From: an uncultured Verrucomicrobiae bacterium
GTDB taxonomy: Bacteria; Chlamydiota; Chlamydiia; Chlamydiales; Rhabdochlamydiaceae
DNA: 64,000 bases
Assembly (NCBI GenBank): GCA_963806855.1
Contig: CAWDYW010000001.1
Coordinates: 704,001-768,000, forward strand
Direction of reading: 5' to 3'
Part shown: positions 29,430-38,012 of the stretch, piece after piece
Layout: each line of letters opens with the position of its first letter
How positions within the stretch are numbered: position 1 is the first letter of the stretch
Position numbers and translations under genes: made by a program
Notes under the pieces: model-generated
Told to the model about the DNA's origin: nothing
Database searches by the model: none
Seen by the model: the letters and a program-made list of their open reading frames with translations, nothing else

Positions 29430-30520
29430 AAGGAATTATTATAACATAAATTAACTAAAGTTTCTACATGAATAGTTTGAGGAAACATATCAAAAGGAAT
29501 GACCTCCTCAATTACAAATTTTTGGCCTAGCAATTTTAGATCGCGGGCGAGCGTCGCCGGGTCGCACGAGATGTAGATCAGCCGCTTTGGAGGTGTTTTA
29601 AGCAGCGCCTCAACCACCTGAGGTTCAACGCCTCCGCGGGGCGGATTGAGGAAAATCGTATCGAAGCTCCCCAGTTTCGGCAGCAATTTTTCCACCTTGC
29701 CGCATTTGAAAACCACATTCTCAATCCCATTGAGCCGGGCATTCTCCTTGGCGCTTTCCACCGCGCTTTCGACGACTTCGATGCCTAGTACTTCCTTCGA
29801 ATGTTTTGCAGCAAAGAGCGATAACGTGCCGACCCCACAATAGGCGTCAAGCACCTTTCCTAATGTTGCAGAACCGATTGCGTGTCTGTAGAGCTGATAA
29901 GCTTGTTTGGGATTAACCTGAAAAAAATCGCGCGGACCGATTTTGAATCGCAAACTCCCTAGCTGCTCAATGATAAAAGGGCGGTTACATACCCCATCAA
30001 TTTCCACCAGCACTTCTCCATTAGCCGTACGAATGATCGCCTCGGTTGAATTTTTCGTAAGCGGCAGGCTCTTTTCGCCGAGCTCATTGTGGATGTAACA
30101 CCGGTCAACCGGAACAATTTCATGCGAGTGGCGCTTGTGGAATCCACCCTGATGCAGGTGAATTTTGTTCCGATAACCGAGCTGATCGGGTGAGGCCGTA
30201 CACTCGGCAACTTCTACCTTCAACCCCCCAATGCGAGTTAATGCATCGTGCACCCGTTTCCGTTTCCAATTGAGTTGCTCAGGGTAGCTTAAGTGCATCA
30301 GTTGACATCCCCCGCATGTTCCAAAGAGGGGACAGATCGGATCGACACGGTGGGGCGAAGGGCGGACGATCCGCTTTAGCTTCGCCTTGGCAAACCGCTT
30401 CCGGTTTTCGGTCAGCTCGATTTCGACCTCTTCACCGGGAAGGGCCCCATCGACAAAGACCTTTTTCCCATCGACAGAGCCGACCCCTTCCCCATTGGAT
30501 GTCAAATCTTCAATGATCAT
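29426..30520 (-). CDS. rlmD: 23S rRNA (uracil-C5)-methyltransferase RlmD/TrmA family
   Basis: TRAM domain, CGGCQL, FFQVN, DAYCGVG, NPPRGG, YISCDPATLARD and DMFPQTIHVE. Confidence 0.93.
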   Translation of the reverse strand: MIIEDLTSNGEGVGSVDGKKVFVDGALPGEEVEIELTENRKRFAKAKLKRIVRPSPHRVDPICPLFGTCGGCQLMHLSYPEQLNWKRKRVHDALTRIGGLKVEVAECTASPDQLGYRNKIHLHQGGFHKRHSHEIVPVDRCYIHNELGEKSLPLTKNSTEAIIRTANGEVLVEIDGVCNRPFIIEQLGSLRFKIGPRDFFQVNPKQAYQLYRHAIGSATLGKVLDAYCGVGTLSLFAAKHSKEVLGIEVVESAVESAKENARLNGIENVVFKCGKVEKLLPKLGSFDTIFLNPPRGGVEPQVVEALLKTPPKRLIYISCDPATLARDLKLLGQKFVIEEVIPFDMFPQTIHVETLVNLCYNNSL

Positions 30521-31851
30521 GCCGCGCGCCTAGCCACCATCCGTTCAGCAACAATATAGCCCACAAACGAAAGGGCCACACTGGCGATCTCCCTTGGGAA
30601 AAACTCGAGCGGGATAAACCTGAAGAAGCAAAATCCTAATGCGCCAAACACAATCGACAAGAGAGCCGACCTGAAATTGCCCTGCCGCTTGAACAGCGCC
30701 GCCAAAATCGGCACGAAGAGGCAGCTGACCGATAGCTCATAGCTTTGAATCAGCAGATCGACCACATTGTTGAAATAGAAGGCGAAAAAGAGGGCGCCGA
30801 TCGACGTGACCGCCGTGATCCCTTGCACAATGGGGATCGTCTTTTCCCGTTTAAAGAAGTCGCTGGCCAAATTGGAACAAATCGCATTGATCAACGAACT
30901 TGCCGTCGAAATGATCGCCGCCAAAACCGCACAGCCAACAAACGCGGTGATCCATGGATTGGTCGTCTTCTCGATCACCGTCATCAAGACACTCGCCCCA
31001 GCTGGGATCACGAGGTCCATCGACTTAGCCAAAACCCCGAAGAAAATCGGAATCAGACAGATCAGCAGCGTGAAAACCCCCGCCCAAAACGAAGCGCGCG
31101 AGACAATCTGCGGCGATCCCCCTGCGAAGCATCGCTGCGCCATATCCTGCTCGATGATCATAAACATCAACGGCATCAGCAGCCAGCCACATAACTTCGA
31201 AGAGGCTCCGGCGAATTTTTCCACCAGCGGCGCTTGGAAAAACGAACCTGGATCAGAATAAAAGACAAAGCCAAAACAGAGAAAGAACACCACCGTGAAG
31301 AAGGCCGCTTGCACGATGTCTGTCGCGATCACCGCTTTTAGCCCTCCGCGGACCGTATAAAGAATCACAATCGCCCAGAAGAGGACAAACAGGGCAGTAT
31401 TGCTAAATCCTAAACTGACCAAAAACTTGTTCGAGGCGATGATCTGCGCCACCAAAATCATGAAGAGCGAAATCACCGACAGCAGCGACGCCACCTTGCG
31501 TAAGCCAGGCGACCGGTAGACCACCTCCATGATCTGCGCCACTGTTGAGACCTGAAATTGAGCAAGCTTTTTCCCCAGCCCCATCCCGAGCATAATCAGC
31601 CCCACCGCCGCTCCCAAAGGATAGAGCAAAACCGGCCAGCCGAAGCGATAAGCCTCATCGGCTGCTCCGAGGACCAGGCCGCCGCCCACCTGCGTGGCCA
31701 AAAACGTCATCATCAAAGGGAAAAAGCGGATATTTTTCCCAGCGAGGAAATAGTCCTGGTCATTGTTTAAATTTTTTGAGGCCCGCTTTCCTACTACCCA
31801 GTAGATCGCTTGAAGCCCAAAAAGAAGTGTGATAAAGATAATTAAGTTCAT
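30517..31851 (-). CDS. Sodium:solute symporter (SSS family); candidate histidine transporter given its leader
   Basis: Motifs DYFLAGK, ATQVGGG, GGLKAVIATD, QDMAQR and AAIISTASS; about 13 TM segments. Confidence 0.88.
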   Translation of the reverse strand: MNLIIFITLLFGLQAIYWVVGKRASKNLNNDQDYFLAGKNIRFFPLMMTFLATQVGGGLVLGAADEAYRFGWPVLLYPLGAAVGLIMLGMGLGKKLAQFQVSTVAQIMEVVYRSPGLRKVASLLSVISLFMILVAQIIASNKFLVSLGFSNTALFVLFWAIVILYTVRGGLKAVIATDIVQAAFFTVVFFLCFGFVFYSDPGSFFQAPLVEKFAGASSKLCGWLLMPLMFMIIEQDMAQRCFAGGSPQIVSRASFWAGVFTLLICLIPIFFGVLAKSMDLVIPAGASVLMTVIEKTTNPWITAFVGCAVLAAIISTASSLINAICSNLASDFFKREKTIPIVQGITAVTSIGALFFAFYFNNVVDLLIQSYELSVSCLFVPILAALFKRQGNFRSALLSIVFGALGFCFFRFIPLEFFPREIASVALSFVGYIVAERMVARRAA

Positions 31852-31906
31852 CGGTTACATCCCGTGTTAAAAGTTAATTTGAAAGTAATTGATATGGAAT
31901 AAGGAA

Positions 31907-31972
31907 TTAATGGGCGGGATGCCCGTGGTGGTGATGGGAAGGAAAAATATAAAACAATTTTTTAAATTTCAT
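31907..31972 (-). CDS. His-rich leader peptide MKFKKLFYIFPSHHHHGHPAH (putative attenuator uORF)
   Basis: 21-codon ORF with SD AGAGG; 6 of the last 9 codons are His; its stop is 55 nt before the symporter start. Confidence 0.75.
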   Translation of the reverse strand: MKFKKLFYIFPSHHHHGHPAH

Positions 31973-32007
31973 AATCCTCTAGTGATATGATCATCACCAT
32001 GTGAAAT

Positions 32008-32037
32008 ATTGTAAAGCATCAAAGGAATTTGAAGCAA
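32008..32037 (-). promoter_or_regulatory. Putative sigma70/sigma66 promoter for the leader-symporter transcript
   Basis: TTGCTT-N18-TACAAT on the minus strand, about 35 nt upstream of the leader ATG. Confidence 0.5.
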
Positions 32038-32064
32038 GCAGAACGGATAGAATAGGATTGCTTT

Positions 32065-33105
32065 TTAAGATTCTTCCGAACCTCCTAATAATTTTGTTTC
32101 AAATTTCTGGATTAAATTGGTCAATTCTTCTTCTGCCAGTTTTGCCTCAAGGCTTTTCCGATGATTTGCATATTTATCATATTGGGCATAAGCCAATTCT
32201 TTGGCTAACTCAGCGGAAATCTTGCCAGCAGAATTAAGAATGTCCCGTTCGTTAAGCTGTAAGAATGCATCAAGTTTGGTCTTCCAATTGTTCATATACA
32301 TAACTTTTCGCGAACGAGTTTGCAATTCCGCAAAGTCAATGTACTGATTGACCAAGAGGTCTAGGGTCTCAATCTCCTCTTTCTTCATGTAATTTTTGGC
32401 GATTTCGACATCCTGCTTCCCTAAAACTTTGCCTCTGCCAGCGCCTTTCCAAGTCGTAAGCCCCATATTCGGTCTAAGAGCATCGGCACGACTGTGGATG
32501 ACTTCAGCAGCTGTCATTCCTGTCACTGCAAAAATCAGCTTATTCTGCACAGTGGCAAAAAATTCTTGGGTCATTGGATGCTTTGGATCATAATCAGCAC
32601 TCAACATATAAATATCTCTGATTTTTTGATAAAATCTCTTTTCAGATGCGCGAATGACCCGAATTCGTTCAAGAAGCTCATCAAAATAATCTAATCCACC
32701 GGGATTAGAAAGGCGCTCATCGTCCATTGTGAACCCCTTCACAATGTATTCTTGCAACCGTTGAGTAGCCCACTGCCGAAATTGCGTTCCTCGAGCGGAT
32801 TGAATCCTATAACCGACAGCAATAATGGACTCCAGGCGGTAGAGTTTGGTGCGGTAATTTTTACCGTCCCGGGCAGTTACTAAGGATTCCTTAGTAACTG
32901 AACTTGGATCCAGTTCTCCTTCAGAAAATATATTCTTTAAGTGCATGGTAATATTTTCTGGAGTTGTCTGAAATAGCTCAGACATCAGTCTTTGCGTCAG
33001 CCATACAGTTTCTTCTTCAAGACGTACTTCAATCTTTTGCTTGCCATCTTCAGTTTGATAAAACAGCATAGTGCTTTTCAGGATAATCCCTTCTTCTTCA
33101 GACAT
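32065..33105 (-). CDS. rhuM: Virulence RhuM family protein
   Basis: Motifs ETVWLTQRLMSELF, IIAVGYRIQSARGTQFRQWAT, DYFDELLERIRVIRASEKRFYQK and NMGLTTW. Confidence 0.9.
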   Translation of the reverse strand: MSEEEGIILKSTMLFYQTEDGKQKIEVRLEEETVWLTQRLMSELFQTTPENITMHLKNIFSEGELDPSSVTKESLVTARDGKNYRTKLYRLESIIAVGYRIQSARGTQFRQWATQRLQEYIVKGFTMDDERLSNPGGLDYFDELLERIRVIRASEKRFYQKIRDIYMLSADYDPKHPMTQEFFATVQNKLIFAVTGMTAAEVIHSRADALRPNMGLTTWKGAGRGKVLGKQDVEIAKNYMKKEEIETLDLLVNQYIDFAELQTRSRKVMYMNNWKTKLDAFLQLNERDILNSAGKISAELAKELAYAQYDKYANHRKSLEAKLAEEELTNLIQKFETKLLGGSEES

Positions 33106-33301
33106 AAAACCCCATTCATCAAAGAAAAATATTATAATAGGAGAATGGATAAAAGAGGAAATCTTTCTTTCTGTCTATCCTTGAGTTTCGGCTCATTATA
33201 AAAAAGATTTTAGTATAATATTTTGCAAACTATTAATTTTAATAATTTTATTTAAAATCATAATTTTGTATAATAATCTATTATTAATATGAGGGAATGT
33301 A

Positions 33302-34111
33302 ATGCAAAACGTCATCACTGCAGCCACTTTTGGGATCAATCTATTGCAGTCGGTCACCCCCGATGATATCCCCTTTAAGAGGGCTATCCAAACAGCCTAT
33401 GACTATTCTGGCGCAGCTATGTTAGCATTGACCGCCGTCGCCACCACCTATTCCTACCTGAATCAGCCGGCTCCTAAAGGCAATAAAAATCAAACCTATC
33501 ATGATCGCTTGACCCACGTACATGCCTTAGTTTTCGCGATGATCCCGACGGTTTTTCTCGGTTTGGAAACTTGGCACATCATCCTCCTTTCAGCCAATTC
33601 CCTTAAGGATTACCTCTTTTTGCCAACCCATGGCTACCACTTCACCACCCGCGTAGCTGCGTCAGTAGGAATGGGAGCGCTCCTTGCCTGGCAAGAGGGA
33701 AGTTCCCTAAAAGGAGCATTTTTAGATAGCCTTTTCAACTTCGCGCTCGGTGGCCTGCCCATCTATCGACTCATCTCTAATTCGATCTCCAAGCTCCCTC
33801 CCAAAGCTGCTGCCATCATCCCGACCAATTTCATCAACCGATCGATCGCCAATCTTGGTGCAATGAAAAAGGGAGAGATTCTGGCCGATTTAGCCCTCTC
33901 AATTGCCAATGGCCCAGCGATAGCCAGTGCTGTCCAAACCGAGAAAGAAAAGCGATGTGCTGAAATTAAGACCTTTAAATTTCTCGAGTGTGATCAAGGG
34001 CCTGTCTCAAGGATCGTTCAAACAGTCATGGCCTGCTTTCGCAACTCTCAAACCATTGCCAAAATTGAGCAGATTTGTACAGAGCTCAAGGCCGCCGATC
34101 CATGTATATAG
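33302..34111 (+). CDS. Hypothetical multi-pass membrane protein (orphan)
   Basis: 269-aa ORF with SD GAGGG and several hydrophobic segments. Confidence 0.7.
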   Translation: MQNVITAATFGINLLQSVTPDDIPFKRAIQTAYDYSGAAMLALTAVATTYSYLNQPAPKGNKNQTYHDRLTHVHALVFAMIPTVFLGLETWHIILLSANSLKDYLFLPTHGYHFTTRVAASVGMGALLAWQEGSSLKGAFLDSLFNFALGGLPIYRLISNSISKLPPKAAAIIPTNFINRSIANLGAMKKGEILADLALSIANGPAIASAVQTEKEKRCAEIKTFKFLECDQGPVSRIVQTVMACFRNSQTIAKIEQICTELKAADPCI

Positions 34112-34126
34112 AATTATATTTAACGA

Positions 34127-34156
34127 TTGACTGAAAATAAGTTGTTAATATATAAT
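34127..34156 (+). promoter_or_regulatory. Near-consensus sigma70/sigma66 promoter
   Basis: TTGACT-N18-TATAAT. Confidence 0.6.
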
Positions 34157-34214
34157 CAATTTTGTTAAATTAAAAAGGATTAAATATGTCTAAAACCGTT
34201 AAGGAGTAATCAAA

Positions 34215-35429
34215 ATGGCAGGAGCAGCAGCAATACAAGCCCCTCAATATGTTCAATTTTCTGAGGGCTATCTTGAAGAGCGACAGTCCAAACTAGCGAA
34301 GATTCACAGTGCAGAATCATGGATTTGTAGTATTGGGGCGTCTGTTCCAGTAGCTCTGATTGGAGCCACATTGCTAAAAGAGGCAGGGGTAGAGGTCCTC
34401 CAACCCGATTATCTGTCTCGCCTGACCCGCCCAGCTCTTTCGGCCACTGGACTATTTGTCGGCCTTGGGCTGTGGGCCACAAGAAATATGAGCATGCATG
34501 TGAAAGCTTCTCCGGCGCAAAAAAAATTCGCCTCCCTTATCTCCTTAATTACTACAGCAGGGATAGCATATGGATTTGCAACTCTGGGAGCTATCTTGCT
34601 AAAGAAAGCAGGGATTGAGGTAATCCCAACCGATTATATCACCCGTTTGCTTCATCCAGTTGCTTTTGCCTCCGTTGCCACTATCACTGTTCTCTCCAGT
34701 GTGATTGTTGCGATAAAAGTGAAACCTCAGCCGCAGATAACGATGAGTAAATCAAAAGAGGAAGTCGAAACACTTCTGAGAGAAGTTCGAGCCCATCTGA
34801 AAGATGCAGAAGATGTGCAAGTAGCTAAGGGGCATAGGGAAGACAAGCAGGAATTTCAACTGAAAAGGGCTCAGGCACAGCACGATGAGGTATATGATCT
34901 ATTAGATGCAGTGCGCAAAGCTAATGAAATACAAGGTTTTTTGATTAAAGATACACCTTGGATTAAGACTTTGGAAAGATTGGTAAACCAGCTTGAAACT
35001 CAACTAAAGGCATCTCTAATAAAAGTTCAAGTCGTTGATGATTCTAACACGAGTGTTGTTGAAGACCGAATCTATATTACTCCAGAAACGGCAGCGCTGA
35101 TCAAGAAGTATGAAGTGCAAAAAGCAAGTGAAAAGCCAAAAATGGACCAAAGAGGTCAAATAAGAGAGGCTATCATCAGATTATTCCGAGGTGGTGATTC
35201 CATTGATAAAATCAGTCAAGATCTCAAAATTCCGACTGATAAGTTAGAGAAATGGAAGCAGATTGCAGTGCTAAGGTTCGCCACTCTTGAGAAAGAGGAA
35301 GGGGAGTACTTAAATAAATATAAACTTGAAGTAGAGCTTGTCTCAATTGTCGACGACATTGTTGAAGAGGAAAAGAAACAAGTTGAGCCAGCAGCAATTC
35401 AAAATGTGCAAAATAATAATAACCTATAA
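34215..35429 (+). CDS. Inc-like orphan protein (duplicated hydrophobic hairpin plus coiled coil), paralog 1
   Basis: SD AAGGAG; two repeats of a bilobed hydrophobic segment followed by a charged helical tail. Confidence 0.75.
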   Translation: MAGAAAIQAPQYVQFSEGYLEERQSKLAKIHSAESWICSIGASVPVALIGATLLKEAGVEVLQPDYLSRLTRPALSATGLFVGLGLWATRNMSMHVKASPAQKKFASLISLITTAGIAYGFATLGAILLKKAGIEVIPTDYITRLLHPVAFASVATITVLSSVIVAIKVKPQPQITMSKSKEEVETLLREVRAHLKDAEDVQVAKGHREDKQEFQLKRAQAQHDEVYDLLDAVRKANEIQGFLIKDTPWIKTLERLVNQLETQLKASLIKVQVVDDSNTSVVEDRIYITPETAALIKKYEVQKASEKPKMDQRGQIREAIIRLFRGGDSIDKISQDLKIPTDKLEKWKQIAVLRFATLEKEEGEYLNKYKLEVELVSIVDDIVEEEKKQVEPAAIQNVQNNNNL

Positions 35430-35441
35430 GGAGTAGTAAAA

Positions 35442-36536
35442 ATGGCAGCAGGAGTATCAGCAGCAAATTTATTCCCACCGAATCCAGCTAACCGTTTCTT
35501 TGAAGAAGCGCCCGCAAACCGGAAAAAATACTACTCCTATGAAACCTGGATTTCTCGTATTAGTTTTACCATCCCGGCAGTCTTAGGGGTAGCTAAAGCT
35601 CTGAAAGGGGCAGGAGTGAGGTCGGTGTGGATCAATACCGCCGATCGTTATTTTATCCCTGGGCTTATCGCTTCGGCTGCGATTTTAGGATTAGGATTTT
35701 TCTATACAAGAGGGAAGTTACTCCAATTGAGCGCTGGACCCCCGCTCGATACATCAAATTCTTTAACAAAGGCTGATGCCACCCATTTTTCATCAAGAAT
35801 AGATGAAGCCCAGAAGGTGAAACTGCTTGATGTGGAATCGATCAAAAAACTCAGCGAATGGAAAGAGGGGTTAAAGACCTACCTAGATCTCAAAGGAGAT
35901 CGCCATTACCTAGGTCCACAAGAAAGAGTCCGAATCAAAGAGATGCTGGAATCTTTTGAGGTATTTGAAAGAAACCTCGCTGATACTGCGATGACCAAAG
36001 AGTCAATTTCAACTCTCTTGAAAGCTGTTCGCGATTGGATCAAAGAGCATCGTTATTCCTTAATACATTTCAAAAAACCAAAACTTGCTAAGTCTAAGAA
36101 AGAAACATCTGAAGAGCTCGCGCAATGCTTACGTCGTCTTGATCCTAATGCCCCCTGCCCAGAGATTACTGTAGCGAATGATCCCTGGTGTGAGACCTTA
36201 AATCTGCTCAATGTAAGTTTAGCTAAGCTGCTCGAGAAAGTTGAAGCTGCACCTGATGAAGCTCGTGTGAACCGTAATCCGGAAATCATGGCCCAGGTCA
36301 ATAAATATAATGGACTATTAGGAAAAGAAAAGACGCGCATTGAAAAAAGAGATAGAATCAGAGCGGCCATTATTAGATTATTAAAAGATGAACCTGTCGA
36401 CCCCCTGCCCCTTGGGATTACTCAAGTGAAGTTAGATGCATGGAAAGGCTTGGCTCTTACCGCAGTAAGGAATGTGGAAATCGAACTAGTGGAGAGAAGG
36501 ATTTTAGAGCTTAGCTACAGTTTGCTTCAGGATTAA
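35442..36536 (+). CDS. Inc-like orphan protein, paralog 2
   Basis: SD AAGGAG; shares ExWI..P..L...LK.AGV and IR.AIIRL...KL..WK..A with the previous gene. Confidence 0.75.
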   Translation: MAAGVSAANLFPPNPANRFFEEAPANRKKYYSYETWISRISFTIPAVLGVAKALKGAGVRSVWINTADRYFIPGLIASAAILGLGFFYTRGKLLQLSAGPPLDTSNSLTKADATHFSSRIDEAQKVKLLDVESIKKLSEWKEGLKTYLDLKGDRHYLGPQERVRIKEMLESFEVFERNLADTAMTKESISTLLKAVRDWIKEHRYSLIHFKKPKLAKSKKETSEELAQCLRRLDPNAPCPEITVANDPWCETLNLLNVSLAKLLEKVEAAPDEARVNRNPEIMAQVNKYNGLLGKEKTRIEKRDRIRAAIIRLLKDEPVDPLPLGITQVKLDAWKGLALTAVRNVEIELVERRILELSYSLLQD

Positions 36537-36567
36537 TTTTCTTCCTGCTATTATATTTCAATAATTT

Positions 36568-37668
36568 ATGGACAAACTGAGCATCCTTGCGAAAAAACCC
36601 TATGCCCTCGATTTCTCCCTCAAAGACTGGGAAAAGTGGTGCTTGGAGCAAAGTCTCCCTAAATTCACCGCCGCGCAAATCTACCAGTGGATTTTCCAAA
36701 AAGGGGTCGTCGATCCAAACTCCTTCACCAACCTCTCCCAATCGATTCGGGCTCAGCTTAGCTCCACCTTCAATTGGAGCCTCCCTGAAGTCGACGCCCA
36801 CCTCATTTCAAAAGACACGAGTGAAAAATTCCTCCTGAAAACCGCCGATGGCCTCCTCTTTGAGATGGTGCTCATGCCCTATGAGAATCGCTCCACCTTG
36901 TGCATCAGCAGCCAAGTGGGATGTAAAATGGGGTGCACCTTCTGCCAGACAGGGAAGATGGGCTTTAAGCGTAACTTAAGCTCGGGGGAGATCCTCTCGC
37001 AGCTCATTCTGGCCAATCAAAGAGGTGAAAAAGTCTCCAACATCGTTTTCATGGGGATGGGTGAGCCGCTCGACAATTATGACGAAGTGGTCAAAGCCTG
37101 CACCATCATGATCGATCCGAAAGCCTTTGCCCTCTCGACCGCTCGCGTGACCATCTCGACCGCGGGTCTCGTCCCCGAAATCCGGAAACTGGCCCGCGAT
37201 TTGCCCGTCCGCCTGGCCATTTCCCTCCATACCGCCGACGATGCCAAGCGAAGCGCCATGATGCCGATCAACCGCACTTATAGCCTCGAAGTGCTCAAAG
37301 AGGCCCTCTTAGAGTACCCCGCCCCCAAGCGGTATGGGATCACCTTCGAGTATGTGATGATCGAAGGGGCCAACGATAGCCTGCAAGATGCGAAGAAATT
37401 GGTCCGCTTCCTGCATGGCCTCAAGGCAAAAGTCAACCTGATCCCGATCAACCATTTCCCCGGAGTCGAGATGAAAGCCTCCGATGCCGAGCGGATCAGA
37501 GAATTTCAAACCTATCTAACTGACCGCTCCATCCCTGCCCCCGTCCGGTATAGCCGAGGGCAGGATATCAGCGGCGGCTGTGGGCAATTAGCAGCAAAAC
37601 GAGAAGATGAGCTCGACCTTGATCCTCGGGAAGTCAGCCGTAGACGACGGGCCGAGCTAAAACAATAA
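36568..37668 (+). CDS. rlmN: Dual-specificity RNA methyltransferase RlmN
   Basis: Motifs CISSQVGCKMGCTFCQTG, VFMGMGEPL, ISLH, EYVM and KVNLIP, and GCGQL. Confidence 0.96.
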   Translation: MDKLSILAKKPYALDFSLKDWEKWCLEQSLPKFTAAQIYQWIFQKGVVDPNSFTNLSQSIRAQLSSTFNWSLPEVDAHLISKDTSEKFLLKTADGLLFEMVLMPYENRSTLCISSQVGCKMGCTFCQTGKMGFKRNLSSGEILSQLILANQRGEKVSNIVFMGMGEPLDNYDEVVKACTIMIDPKAFALSTARVTISTAGLVPEIRKLARDLPVRLAISLHTADDAKRSAMMPINRTYSLEVLKEALLEYPAPKRYGITFEYVMIEGANDSLQDAKKLVRFLHGLKAKVNLIPINHFPGVEMKASDAERIREFQTYLTDRSIPAPVRYSRGQDISGGCGQLAAKREDELDLDPREVSRRRRAELKQ

Positions 37669-37681
37669 AAATGAGGTAAAA

Positions 37682-37966
37682 ATGAGTGGTAGAATTGATG
37701 GAAGGACACCGAACTATGAAGTTCAAATGTATGAATTAAAAGAGGAATTCAAAGATCAGCCGGACGCGAAATTGATTGACAACGCAATAGCAGCGGTCAA
37801 AGCTGGGCGTTGTGCTGAAGCCGGTGCGCTTGTCAAAAATATTACAGATGAAGACCTAAAAACTGAGGTGATTGGTGAGATCTCTGCTTTAATTGAAGAT
37901 ACATTTGGCAGTTCTTCAGCTAAAGCTTACGAGGGATTACAGCAATTCCTCGATAACTGTCTATAA
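37682..37966 (+). CDS. Small hypothetical protein
   Basis: 94-aa ORF with SD GAGGT, followed by a terminator. Confidence 0.65.
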   Translation: MSGRIDGRTPNYEVQMYELKEEFKDQPDAKLIDNAIAAVKAGRCAEAGALVKNITDEDLKTEVIGEISALIEDTFGSSSAKAYEGLQQFLDNCL

Positions 37967-37976
37967 TGAACCTATC

Positions 37977-38012
37977 ACAGGATCCTGCTCGCGAAGCGGA
38001 TCCTGTTTTTTT
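37977..38012 (+). terminator. Intrinsic terminator
   Basis: ACAGGATCC..GGATCCTGT followed by a T-run. Confidence 0.75.

Noticed and set aside
32065..33105. rhuM as part of an integrative element or prophage
   Set aside because: No integrase, att repeats, restriction-modification genes or phage genes nearby.
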